A stretch of 64,000 nucleotides of DNA from an uncultured delta proteobacterium (GCA_963845515.1 CAWJSR010000045.1:128001-192000), one strand, 5' to 3'; counted from the stretch's first letter, positions 18,865-28,795 are shown. Notes: generated from the letters alone by a model not told the origin. Program-made: numbers and translations.

Positions 18865-19566
18865 ATGGCTCCCGCCCTGACGCACCCGAAGGTCGAGCCC
18901 ACCCGCACCGTCCACTGTGCGGATGGCGTCGCCTGGCTCCGGGAGCACGATCTCGCCGCGGATCACGCGGTCGTCACCTCGCTGCCCGACCACTCGGAGC
19001 TGCCGCAGCTGGGCATCGACGGCTGGCGACGCTGGTTCACCGTCGCCGCGACCGCTGCGTGCCGCGCGGTGGCCGACGACTCGGTCGCGATCTTCTACCA
19101 GACCGACGTCAAGCTCGACGGACGCTGGATCGACAAGGGCTTCCTCGTCCAGCTCGGCGCCGAGGTCGCGAAGAGTCACCTGCTCTGGCACAAGGTGGTC
19201 TGCCGCGTCGCGCCCGGCTCCACCACGTTCGGCAGGCCCGCCTATGCGCACCTGCTCTGCTTCAGCCGCGGGCTGCGCCTGGAGACCGGCCAGTCGCTGC
19301 CCGACGTCATCCCGCGGCCGGGCGCCATGACGTGGGCCCGCGCGATGCCCACCGAGGCCTGCGGGGCGGTCGCCCGGTTCCTCCTCGCCCACACCGGCTG
19401 CAGGACGGTCGTCGACCCGTTCTGCGGGATGGGGACCATGCTCGCGGTGGCCAACGCGCACGGGCTCGACGCGATCGGCGTCGAGCTGTCGCGCAAGCGC
19501 GCGGAGAACGCACAGAGCCTGGTGCTCGGGGGCGAGCGCACGCTCGCCGTCTCCCGGAAGGCATAG
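18865..19566 (+). CDS. SAM-dependent methyltransferase related to DNA N4/N6 methylases
   Basis: VVDPFCG.GT motif I, IGVEL; TSLPD at the motif IV position. Confidence 0.7.
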   Translation: MAPALTHPKVEPTRTVHCADGVAWLREHDLAADHAVVTSLPDHSELPQLGIDGWRRWFTVAATAACRAVADDSVAIFYQTDVKLDGRWIDKGFLVQLGAEVAKSHLLWHKVVCRVAPGSTTFGRPAYAHLLCFSRGLRLETGQSLPDVIPRPGAMTWARAMPTEACGAVARFLLAHTGCRTVVDPFCGMGTMLAVANAHGLDAIGVELSRKRAENAQSLVLGGERTLAVSRKA

Positions 19567-19611
19567 CAGGCCGTTGAAGAACGGGCGCTGAGGGTCGACC
19601 GACCGCATTCT

Positions 19612-19628
19612 CCCTCTCCCCCACCGGG
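19612..19628 (+). repeat. REP-like motif (copy 2)
   Basis: CCCTCTCCCCCACCGGG. Confidence 0.5.
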
Positions 19629-19657
19629 TACGACCATGCTGCCTCTCGCGTATACCT

Positions 19658-19686
19658 TTGACGCCATATGGCCAGGCGCTTATATT
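19658..19686 (+). promoter_or_regulatory. sigma70 promoter of the higBA-like operon (TTGACG-17-TATATT) with palindrome GCCATATGGC
   Basis: Read directly from the sequence. Confidence 0.65.
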
Positions 19687-19741
19687 AGGTCCGTGGCCAG
19701 AACCCGGCGAGGGGGGAGCGGCCCTCGAAAGGGATCGCCGC

Positions 19742-20116
19742 ATGGCCACCAAGGTTCTCCACACCGACGAGTTTGAGACATGGTTAGTCAGCCTCACGGC
19801 CCGCGAACGAAAGGACGTCCTCCGCGTCGTAGACCTCCTCGAACTCCAGGGTCCCCGCCTCGGACGGCCGCACTCCGGCGCGCTCCTGGGCACCAAGCTT
19901 CCGCTCCGCGAGCTTCGGCCGAGGGCCGGCCACAGCCCCCTTCGCCCGATCTACGCCTTCGACCCCAACCGCGACGCCGTCCTCCTCATAGGAGGAGACA
20001 AGGGCGCCGACAAGAAGATGTACGCCCGCATCATCCCGATCGCCGAACGGCTTTGGGAAGGCCATCTCGACGACGTGAAGCACCAAGAGGAGAGCGCACC
20101 GAAGAAGAAGAAGTAG
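19742..20116 (+). CDS. RelE/HigB (Gp49-like) toxin
   Basis: FETWL, GP.LGRPH, LRELR, YAFDP.R.A.LL.GGDK. Confidence 0.9.
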   Translation: MATKVLHTDEFETWLVSLTARERKDVLRVVDLLELQGPRLGRPHSGALLGTKLPLRELRPRAGHSPLRPIYAFDPNRDAVLLIGGDKGADKKMYARIIPIAERLWEGHLDDVKHQEESAPKKKK

Positions 20117-20205
20117 AACGTGCCAATGCAACCGCCCCACCAACCACCACCTGGGGGCGGATTACGGAGGGCCCGTCGTAGCTCGCGGCGCGACGGCCGA
20201 TTACC

Positions 20206-20520
20206 ATGACGAAGGTCCGGACCAAGAATTGGGCAGACCTCAAGAAGAAGCACTTCACCCCAGCGGAAATCGCGGAGTCGCGGCGCTACGCCGAGAAGGA
20301 GGTTCTCCAGATGAACCTTCGCGAACTCCGCTGCCTCACGCGCACCACCCAGGTCCAGCTCGCCAAGGCTGCCAGGATGAAGCAGCCTGAGCTCTCTCGC
20401 ATCGAGAAGCGCCAAGACCACCTTCTATCGACGCTCCGTGCGTACGTAGAGGGCCTCGGTGGAGAGATTGAAGTTCTCGCCCGCTTCGACGGCAAGACCG
20501 TCAAGCTCGTCGGCGTCTAG
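20206..20520 (+). CDS. XRE-family HTH antitoxin (HigA-like)
   Basis: LRELR...TQ.QLA....QP.LSRIE..D..LSTLR.YVE.LGG. Confidence 0.9.
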   Translation: MTKVRTKNWADLKKKHFTPAEIAESRRYAEKEVLQMNLRELRCLTRTTQVQLAKAARMKQPELSRIEKRQDHLLSTLRAYVEGLGGEIEVLARFDGKTVKLVGV

Positions 20521-20540
20521 CCACGCCGCTACGCCACTCC

Positions 20541-20570
20541 GAACAGCCTCGCCTCCCGGCGGGGCTGTTC
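20541..20570 (+). terminator. Hairpin after the antitoxin (GAACAGCC...GGCTGTTC)
   Basis: 8-bp inverted repeat 20 nt after the stop codon. Confidence 0.4.
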
Positions 20571-20689
20571 CATTTCCACCCTTCGCCGACCGCGACACGC
20601 CCGCGTCCTCGTCGGCGAAACCTTTTCCCCGGCACCCCTCCCAGGCGGCCGCGACGTCTAGACGCCACGCTGTCGCTTCCCAGCGTCGG

Positions 20690-21006
20690 CGTTCGACTGG
20701 CCTCCGCGGGCCAATGACCTCGTCATCATCAGGGCATCTGGCAAGGTGAAGGTCGGCGCTTGGACCGGCGAAGTCGGCCCCGCCGGCGCCACAGACGGCA
20801 ACGGCACCCTCGCAATCAAGGTCGGTACGGGCACGGTGATCCCCGTCGGCCAGAAGTGGTTCGGGGCGTTTGAGGAAGACGGCGGCGCGCTCAAAGTTCG
20901 CGTCCACGACACCGCCTACGGCGATAACTCCGGCTCGTTCAAGGTTGTCATCATCGTCATCCCGGGCGCCGCTCTCCCGGAGCCGGAGTTGGTGCAGGCT
21001 GAGTAG
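20690..21006 (+). pseudogene. 5'-truncated LecA/PA-IL-like lectin domain
   Basis: NDLVIIRASG..., GTLAIKVG.GTVIPV, VHDTAYGDNSGSFKV resemble the PA-IL fold; no convincing start upstream. Confidence 0.5.
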
Positions 21007-21096
21007 TCTGCCGATCGCTTTGCTGCCGAGCGAAGCCCCCACGCCCCTTAAGGGCGTGGCGGGCTCCAACAGCCTGGCCCTTGGCCTAGTCCAGGC

Positions 21097-21657
21097 CTAG
21101 CCGACGCCAGCGAGGTGGCCCCAGCCGGCGGCCACCGCCCAGCCGATCCAGAAGTAGATCGTGCCCCAGAGGATCCCCGCGAGGAGGGTGCCGATCACGA
21201 AGGTCGAGCGCCTCATCCCGAGCGCGCCGGCCACGACCGTCATGACGATCCGCAGGCCGGGCACGAGCCGGCCGATGACGACCGCCGGAGATCCTCGCCG
21301 CGCGAGCCACTGCTCCACGCGGTACTCGCGCTCCTCGGTGTAGCCGAAGCGGCGGGCGAACCTGCGCAGGAGCGGGCGCCCCCCGCGCTGCGCGAGCGTG
21401 AAGAGGATGGCAGCGCCGAGCACGGTGGCGACTGTCACGACTGCGACGACGGCTGGTCCCGACGTCTTCCCCTGGTACGCGAGGAAGCCGGCGGCGGCGA
21501 TGAAGAGGTCGCCCGGGATCGGGAGCGGCACGCCCGCTTCCTCCACGAAGATGATCCCGAAGAGGCCGGCGTAGTGCCACTTCTCGATGAGCTCCTGGGG
21601 GGACACGGAAAGGTGAGATAGCACGGCCGTGAGCGGGGCTGAGGAGGCGAACTGCAA
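21097..21657 (-). CDS. DedA family membrane protein
   Basis: E..G..LP.PGD, GRL.PG.R, AGA..M...F motifs; exact start uncertain. Confidence 0.9.
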   Translation of the reverse strand: MQFASSAPLTAVLSHLSVSPQELIEKWHYAGLFGIIFVEEAGVPLPIPGDLFIAAAGFLAYQGKTSGPAVVAVVTVATVLGAAILFTLAQRGGRPLLRRFARRFGYTEEREYRVEQWLARRGSPAVVIGRLVPGLRIVMTVVAGALGMRRSTFVIGTLLAGILWGTIYFWIGWAVAAGWGHLAGVG

Positions 21658-21674
21658 CAGCCGGCTCGCCCAAC

Positions 21675-21708
21675 GTTGAGATCTTCATCAATAGGCGAAG
21701 ATCTCAAC
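21675..21708. promoter_or_regulatory. Perfect 12-bp inverted repeat GTTGAGATCTTC-N10-GAAGATCTCAAC
   Basis: Lies in the divergent dedA/gcvH-like intergenic region. Confidence 0.55.
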
Positions 21709-21864
21709 AGTCGGCCGTAAGCCACCGGGATCAGGCCGGATCCCGTTGGCCTACCAGCGCCGCCCCTCCACAAGCTGTTTACGTATTCGACAGCGACAGT
21801 TCCGCGCAGCTGCTTGAACCCTCGCAAGCCTGCGGATCCACACGCACCGCCAAAGGGGCCCATC

Positions 21865-21879
21865 TGGCCTGCTACTTGC
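21865..21879 (+). promoter_or_regulatory. sigma54 -24/-12 promoter (TGGCCTGCTACTTGC)
   Basis: GG-N10-GC spacing, about 75 nt upstream of ATG 21953. Confidence 0.55.
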
Positions 21880-21952
21880 CCTAGTGAATGAGCGTGCGGG
21901 ACCCCAGACGCCCCGCAATCGACGCCCGGACGGGGCGGCCAAGGAGAGCGCG

Positions 21953-22651
21953 ATGACGACCTTCAACGAGATCCTCCAGGTGATCGGTGCCTTCGCAGTC
22001 GGCCTCACAGCTCGCGCCCTGCTCTTCATCGTGGGTGCCGCGCTCCTCGTGATCCCGGCCGCGCTCATCGCGGTGGGGATCAACGCCGTCCGCGCGCGCC
22101 GGGAGCGCCTGCTCTCCCGCGTCGGCAACCTCGTCTATCGCGAAGGTGCCTACTACGCCCCCAATCACACGTGGCTCTCGCCCCGCGCGAGCGGCGACTT
22201 CGACGTGGGCATCGACGACATCGCCCGGAAGATCATCCCCGGCTCGTCGTCGGTCGAGCTCCCGAAGGCCGGCGCCCGCTTCCACAGGGGCGATCCGATC
22301 GCGATCGTCCGCGCCGGTGAGCGCGAGGTCATGATCAGTGCGCCGCTGGATGGTGAGGTGACGCGAGTGAACTCGGCTGTCCGCTCCGATCCGTCGCTGG
22401 TGCGGGACGAGGCCTACGGCCGCGGGTGGCTCTTCTCCTTCGCCCCGTCCGACGCCGGCTACCTGCGCTTCCCGTCCGGCTACGAGGCCGCAGGCTGGCT
22501 CGCGCGCGAGAAGGCTCGCCTCGCGACCTTCATCGAGGCCGAGCTGGGCATCGCCGCAGCCGACGGCGGCGAGCTGACGACGCCGGTGCCCGCCGCGCTC
22601 GGTGAGGAGGGCTGGCGGAAGGTGGTGACCAACTTCCTCCACTCCGCCTGA
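21953..22651 (+). CDS. Membrane-anchored glycine-cleavage-H-like protein
   Basis: N-terminal TM; Y...HTW, VGIDD.A, APLDG.V..VN, D.YG.GWL. Confidence 0.8.
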   Translation: MTTFNEILQVIGAFAVGLTARALLFIVGAALLVIPAALIAVGINAVRARRERLLSRVGNLVYREGAYYAPNHTWLSPRASGDFDVGIDDIARKIIPGSSSVELPKAGARFHRGDPIAIVRAGEREVMISAPLDGEVTRVNSAVRSDPSLVRDEAYGRGWLFSFAPSDAGYLRFPSGYEAAGWLAREKARLATFIEAELGIAAADGGELTTPVPAALGEEGWRKVVTNFLHSA

Positions 22652-22799
22652 CCCGCAGCCGCACCCCTCCTTCGGCCCCGGCCGCCCGATGCGACCGGGG
22701 CCGAGCCATGCTCGCCGTGAAGATCGGGGCGTCCCGGTGCGCCAGGAGCTCCGCGAGGACCGGCGGGAGCTGGACGAAGGCCACGGGCGGTAGCGGCGC

Positions 22800-22826
22800 C
22801 CCTCTCCCCCCTTGCGGGGGCAGGGG
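22800..22826 (+). repeat. REP-like palindrome (diverged copy 3)
   Basis: CCCTCTCCCCCCTTGCGGGGGCAGGGG. Confidence 0.4.
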
Positions 22827-23085
22827 CGAAACCGGGGTGCCGAGGGGTTGCCTCCCTCGGCACCTCGATCTAACTTCGAGCCATGCGGGAGGCCCTGCGA
22901 CAGGTCGTTCGTCGGCGGATAGAGGACGCGCTCGCGTTCCGTCCGTGGATGCTCGGCGCCGCCGTGCTCCTCGCATGCGCCATCGGCGTCGGGATCATGG
23001 AGCTGCGCCGCCCGGTCATGTGGGCGCAGGCCGATCAGCAGACCTCCGCCCGGCCGTAGCCCGGATCCCTCGCCCCTGGCGCCGG

Positions 23086-23655
23086 TCAGCGAGCCCCGCA
23101 CGCGGCGAGCGCGCGCCGGAACGCCGGCCGCTCCGTCGCCCGCTCGCGCGCAACCTGGGCGCGGACGGAGGCACAGCCGGTCGACGGCGACGCGCTGACC
23201 AGGACCTCGGCAGCGTTCGCGCGAATCCGCCTGTCCGCGTCTCCGGAGAGCAGGTGCCCGAGCGCCGTCTCCAGGCGCTGGCTCGGCAGCAGCCGCCCCA
23301 GCGCGCGGAGCGCGCCGTGGCGGACGGCGAAGGGCGCGGCGACGTCCGCGGCGAGCCGCTCGTGGACCGCGCCGTCGGCTCCCAGCGTCGCGGCTCCCTC
23401 CAGCGCGCGCGCGCGCGCTGATGGGAGGCTGCCCGGGTCCTGGGCGATCCGCTCCAGCAGGGGAAGCGCGCCCGCGGGGAGGCGCCGCCAGGCCTCGACG
23501 GACACCGGCCGATCGATCGCGCCGAGCAGCGGCGAGATGAGCGCGAGGAGGGCGGCCTCGTCTCCGGGGAGGCAGACCGAGCCACTCGGCGCCGACGGTG
23601 GGCTGCAGATCGGAGCGGCGGCGAGGGCGAACGACAGCGCGAGCGTGGCGATCAA
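23086..23655 (-). CDS. Secreted HEAT-repeat-like helical protein
   Basis: Signal peptide; R.RAL..., VR.GAL.ALG, IR.NAAE.L repeats. Confidence 0.6.
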   Translation of the reverse strand: MIATLALSFALAAAPICSPPSAPSGSVCLPGDEAALLALISPLLGAIDRPVSVEAWRRLPAGALPLLERIAQDPGSLPSARARALEGAATLGADGAVHERLAADVAAPFAVRHGALRALGRLLPSQRLETALGHLLSGDADRRIRANAAEVLVSASPSTGCASVRAQVARERATERPAFRRALAACGAR

Positions 23656-23662
23656 GGGATCC

Positions 23663-25160
23663 TCACTTCACGGCCGGATTCAGGCGCGCGATGTGCGACT
23701 GCTGGGCGGTGAGGCGTCCGATCGATTCGGACGGGTCGATCACCCAGAACATGAGGTTGTCGCCACCGGCGCAGGTCGCGCCATCGGACCTGCAGACCTG
23801 CGGGAACATTTCGAAGGCGCCGTCGCACGTCCGGCTGCCGCACGCGGAGCAGGAGCAGGTGCCGGTGTCCTCGAGCGGATCGAACGTGTCTCCCGACGAC
23901 TCCGTCGTGTGGTAGAGCCCGAGCCAGTGGCCGATCTCGTGCGCGGCGATGTAGCCCGCGCGGTCCGAGCCGCAGCCGGCGAGGTCGGGGGCAGGGTTGC
24001 CACAGCTGCCCCAGCCGATGTCGTCGAGCGTCATGGCGGCGCCGCCGCTGTAGGCGCCGGGCAGGCCGGAGGGGCCGGGGATCGAGCCGTCGATCCCGAC
24101 GATGCCGCTGTCGCAGTTGCCCCCGTAGCAGAGCGCGTCCACGAGGAAGAGGTGGACGCCATCGGCCGGGGCCGCGAGCGTGAAGAGCTGGGAAAGCTCA
24201 CCGCAGGGGGCGTCTCCGTCGATGGCTGGCTGCGTGAAGCGCGTCTCGATACGCGCCCAGGCTGGCACCTCGCGGAAGGTGACGCTCCCGAGGCAGATGC
24301 CGCCCTGGCCGAGCAGCCGGCCGATCTCGGCGATGAAGCGGAGCATCCCCGGGTCGCTGACGGCGGTGTCCGCCCGGAGCCCGGCTCCGCCTCCGACGAG
24401 GTAGAGGTTCAGGTCGAGCGTCCCGGTCGAGACGTAGGGTCCCGGGCGCGCGACCACGGTGACGTCATAGGTTCCGGCGGAGCCTGGCGTGCAGCCACCA
24501 CCCATGGCAGCGCACTCGGCGTTCCAGTCGTTGACCGTGAAGCTCCAGGTGCCCGGGGGGACCTCCCCGTTCGCGAGCGCGAGATCGGCCAGCCGCGACG
24601 TATTCGGGACGCCGAAGCTGCCTGACCACGGCGTGAAGCCGCCGTAGTAGGCCGGGAGGTAGAGCGGCTTCGGCGGCGGCATCGCCATGTCGTCGTAGAG
24701 GACGTGGCCGTTCGGCAGCGTCACGCCGGTCGGTACGACCGAGTTGGGGATCTGCTGCGAGCCGTACCAGAAGAAGTCGGCCGCCACGGTCGCCTGGGAG
24801 TGGATGGTGACGCTGGAGGTCCCTGGCGGCACGGGGAAGCTGACGCGTGTGCCGACAGCGTGGACCCCGTCGTAGGCGATCCAGCTCCCCGGCAGCACGG
24901 GGGTCGCGACGATGTCCCTTCGACAGCTCGCGTAGTCGGTCGAGGCGGCCGGCGAGGAGACGCCAGGTGCGGCGGTCGGCAAGATTCGACCCCGGCAGCG
25001 CGCAGAGCGGACTCGCCGGCAACGACGCGACGCAGCGCCCCTCGAAGCAGAACGTCCCCTCCTCGCACAGCGCCGACGACTCGCAGGAGCCGCCGGACGA
25101 CGGGCAGCCCGACACGGAGAGGGCCAGCGCAGACAGCGCCAGGGCCGCGGCTCTCGACAT
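23663..25160 (-). CDS. Cys-rich lipoprotein with metzincin (M43-like) zinc metalloprotease domain; frameshift near 24983
   Basis: Lipobox-like VSGC in the upstream frame; HEIGHWLGLYH and NLM Met-turn in the main frame. Confidence 0.75.
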
Positions 25161-25188
25161 GGACGTGGAGTTCACGGCGGCCATCCTC

Positions 25189-25869
25189 TCACACCGGTGG
25201 TGCGGAGCGCCCCCCGAAGGTGCGCTCCAGCAGCACCTTGAGGATGTGCGCCGTCAGGCCCCAGATGTTCCGGTCCGGCCCGGCGTCGAAGGACCAGATC
25301 CGGTGGTGGCCGGTGACCGGGTCCAGCTCCTCGAAGGCCAGCCGCGCGAGGCGCACCGCCGTCCGCAGCGCGTCGGGTCCGGTCTCGGGATCCCACAGCC
25401 GGAAGCTCCGGTTGGCAGGGTCGAGCAGCAGCGCCAGCGGGACCTCGAAGGGCTCGTGGACCTCGAACTCCTCGGCGTGGAAGGACGCGGGTGGATCGGC
25501 GACGGAGGCGACGACCGGCGTCACGACGTAGTACGAGACGCTCGGGAGGTCGTCCATGATCCCGACCACCTCCACCGACCCCGGCTCGAGCCCGACCTCC
25601 TCGTGCGCCTCGCGCAGCGCCGCCGCCACCGCGTCCTCCCCGTTCTCGGCGCCGCCGCCCGGAAACGAGATCTCCCCCTTGTGCTGGGGGACGCGCGTCG
25701 TGCGGCGCGTGAAGAGGAGCGTGGGTCCGCCGGGACGCTGCAGCAGGGGGACGAGGACGGAGGCGGGGCGAAAGCCGTCGATGCGGAGCGTCCGAGGTGC
25801 GCGCGTCGCCAGCGCGGAGCGGAGGCGCTCCCTGGCCTCTGCGAAAGTCGGCGTTTCCAGCGGTGGCAT
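25189..25869 (-). CDS. Nudix CoA pyrophosphatase
   Basis: ASVL..L, LLFT.R...H.GE.SFPGG, AALREAHEEVGL, IWGLTA. Confidence 0.9.
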   Translation of the reverse strand: MPPLETPTFAEARERLRSALATRAPRTLRIDGFRPASVLVPLLQRPGGPTLLFTRRTTRVPQHKGEISFPGGGAENGEDAVAAALREAHEEVGLEPGSVEVVGIMDDLPSVSYYVVTPVVASVADPPASFHAEEFEVHEPFEVPLALLLDPANRSFRLWDPETGPDALRTAVRLARLAFEELDPVTGHHRIWSFDAGPDRNIWGLTAHILKVLLERTFGGRSAPPV

Positions 25870-25943
25870 CGGATCGGACCTAAGGGGATTGTACGGCAAC
25901 CGCCGCCGGACTACTTTTCCCGACCCCCCCCACGGAGGCCAAC

Positions 25944-27627
25944 GTGCGCAGCGACGTCATCAAGAAGGGTTACGAGAAGGCTCCCCATCGGAGCCTGCTC
26001 CGGGCGACAGGGCTCAAGGACGAGGACTTCGAGAAGCCGTTCATCGGCATCGCGAACAGCCACATCGACATCATCCCTGGCCACTTCTACCTGCAGGAGT
26101 ACGGCCGGGTCGCCAAGGACGAGATCCGGAAGGCGGGCGGCGTCCCCTTCGAGTTCAACACCATCGGCGTCGACGACGGGATCGCGATGGGGCACGGCGG
26201 GATGCTCTTCAGCCTGCCGTCGCGCGAGCTGATCGCCGACTCGATCGAGACGATGATGCAGGCGCACCAGCTCGACGCGCTCCTCTGCATCCCCAACTGC
26301 GACAAGATCGTGCCGGGCATGCTGATGGGGGCGCTCCGTGTCGACGTCCCGACGGTCTTCGTCTCCGGCGGCCCGATGAAGGCCGGCCGGCTCTCGGACG
26401 GCACCTCGATCGATCTCAACACCGCGTTCGAGGCGGTCGGGAAGCGCGCGCTGGGGCAGCTGACCGACGCGCAGCTCTACGAGATCGAGTGCAAGGCCTG
26501 CCCCTCGGGCGGCTCCTGCTCAGGCATGTTCACCGCCAACTCGATGAACGTCCTCTGCGAGGCGATGGGGATCGCGCTCCCGGGCAACGGGACCATCCTG
26601 GCGCTGACCCCGGAGCGGGAGGCGCTCGTCCGGAAGGCGGCGCGCCGCGCGGTGGAGATCGCCGCGGACGAGCGGTTCAGGATGCGCAGGATCGTGAACG
26701 CCGACGCGATCCACAACGCGATGGTGGTCGACATGGCGATGGGGGGCTCGTCCAACACGGTCCTCCACATGCTCGCCATCGCGACGCGAGGCCGGAGTCG
26801 AGTTCGGGCTGAAGGACATCGAGAAGATCGCGAGCCAGGTTGCCCACATAGCCAAGGTCGCCCCGTCGCTCGCGACGGTCCACATGGAGGACATCCACGC
26901 CGCCGGCGGCGTGCCGGCGGTGCTCCACGAGGTGGCGAAGCGCGGCGGGATCGTCCGGACCGAGGCGCTCACCGTCACCGGCGAGACAGTCGGCCAGCGG
27001 ATCAAGGACGCCGAGATCAGGGACGCCGCGGTGATCCGGACGTGGGACACCGCCTACTCCCCGGTGGGCGGCCTCGCGGTCCTCCACGGCAACCTCGCCC
27101 CCGAGGGCGCCGTCGTGAAGACCGCCGGCATCCAGCCGTCGATGCGCAAGTTCACCGGCAAGGCGATCTGCTTCGACTCGCAGGATGACGCCATCGCCGG
27201 GATCATGGGCGGCAGCGTGAAGCCCGGCCACTTCGTCGTGCTCCGCTACGAGGGGCCGAAGGGCGGCCCCGGCATGCAGGAGATGCTCACCCCCACGTCG
27301 CTCATCATGGGGATGGGGCTCGGCGAGAAGGTGGCGCTGGTCACCGACGGCCGCTTCTCCGGCGCGACCCGCGGCGCCTGCGTCGGCCACGTCTCCCCCG
27401 AGGCGGCAGAGGGCGGTCCGATCGGCCTCGTCAAGAACGGCGACGACGATCACCATCGACGTCGAGAAGCGCAAGCCTGACGCTCGGCGTCCCGGACGCG
27501 GAGCTCGCGAGAGCGCCGCGCCACCTTCGACCCGAAGAAGAAGACGATCACGTCGAAGTGGCTCAAGCGCTACTCGCTGCTCGTCTCGAACGCGAGCAAC
27601 GGCGCGGTGATGAAGACGGAGCTGTAG
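25944..27627 (+). CDS. ilvD: Dihydroxy-acid dehydratase (four +1 frameshifts)
   Basis: [57 protein letters not shown]; extra bases near 26784, 27445, 27476, 27510. Confidence 0.95.
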
Positions 27628-27649
27628 CGGGCTTCACCCAACGGAACAT

Positions 27650-27672
27650 CCCCTCTCCCCACCGGGGGAGAG
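27650..27672 (+). repeat. REP-like palindrome (copy 4)
   Basis: CCCCTCTCCCCACCGGGGGAGAG hairpin right after ilvD. Confidence 0.55.
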
Positions 27673-27708
27673 ATCCACGCGCCTCGGCCATGATGCGCGA
27701 CCTCGCGA

Positions 27709-27957
27709 GGCGTCGCGATGCTCTCGTCGGTCCTTCGGAGCCCCCGGGCCGTCGAGGTGAACATCGAGATCATGCGCGCCTTCGTCCGCCTGCGACGATT
27801 GCTGCTGGAGAACGCCGACCTCGCCCGCAAGCTAGCCGAGCTGGAGCAGAAGTACGACGGCCAGTTCCGCGTCGTCTTCGAGGCGATCCGGGAGCTGATG
27901 GAGCCGGCGGAGGGGCCGGCGCGGCGGATCGGGTTCGGTAGTGACGAACAGTGCTAG
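27709..27957 (+). pseudogene. C-terminal remnant of an ORF6N-domain protein
   Basis: [26 protein letters not shown] ... RRIGF; N-terminal half of the domain absent. Confidence 0.75.
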
Positions 27958-28012
27958 TCTCCTTGGTTCGTGTCGAACGCGAGCAACGGCTGACCTCGCA
28001 CTCGGAGGAACA

Positions 28013-28795
28013 ATGGCGGAGAGAGTGAGCGCAGAGGAGCGCGAGCACCTGCTCGAAGAGCTGCGGTCCCTCATCGAGCGGCGCGGGGCGGAGACCTTCC
28101 TCGCCGCGCCGATCCGCGAGCCGACCCCGCAGGACTTCCCCGATCCGTTCGAGCCGACCGCCGGCGGTGTCGAGGTGCTGCTGCGCCGCGTGATGGCATA
28201 CGCAGGGCTCGGTGCGCTCCCGTTCCGGCTGCACCTCTTCTCGGCGCCGGAGGAGATCCGTGAGCTGAGCGATCGCGGAGAGCGAAGGAGGTGGGGGCAT
28301 GACGGCGCCGCGGCCTGGTTCGCCGGGATCGAGGATGGCTGCTGCCTCTTCGGCGTTCGGGAAGAGGGGATCGGGGAGCCCGTGGCGCTCGTGGCCACGC
28401 TCTGCCACGAGGTGGCCCACGCGTGGCGGCACAACCACGGTCTCGTCGAGGAGGATCGGGAGCTGGAGGAGATGCTCACCGATCTCACGACCGTCTACAT
28501 GGGGTTCGGTGTGCTAACGACCAATGGGGCCTACGTCTACCGCCAGGGCGGCGAGTACACGGGCACCGTCGCGATCAGCCAGTGGAGCCACACCCACGCC
28601 GGCTACCTCTCGCCGGAGTCCATGAGCCTCCTGCTCGCGGCGCAGGTCAGGGCGCGCCGAATGGGATGGTGGGCGCGGCGTCGGATCCACGGAAGACTCG
28701 AGGCCAACCAGGCGTCGCACTTTCGCTGGGCTCTCACGCGGCTGGGCTCGGCCGAGGAGGTGAGACGGGCGCTCGGGATCGATCGCTCCCGTTGA
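28013..28795 (+). CDS. Hypothetical protein with HExxH zinc-binding motif
   Basis: LCHEVAHAW plus downstream Glu (LEEMLTD); RBS GGAGG. Confidence 0.7.
   Translation: MAERVSAEEREHLLEELRSLIERRGAETFLAAPIREPTPQDFPDPFEPTAGGVEVLLRRVMAYAGLGALPFRLHLFSAPEEIRELSDRGERRRWGHDGAAAWFAGIEDGCCLFGVREEGIGEPVALVATLCHEVAHAWRHNHGLVEEDRELEEMLTDLTTVYMGFGVLTTNGAYVYRQGGEYTGTVAISQWSHTHAGYLSPESMSLLLAAQVRARRMGWWARRRIHGRLEANQASHFRWALTRLGSAEEVRRALGIDRSR

Noticed and set aside
25944..27627. ilvD as a true pseudogene or programmed frameshift
   Set aside because: Four isolated +1 insertions without slippery sites, with perfect motif conservation, point to sequence error
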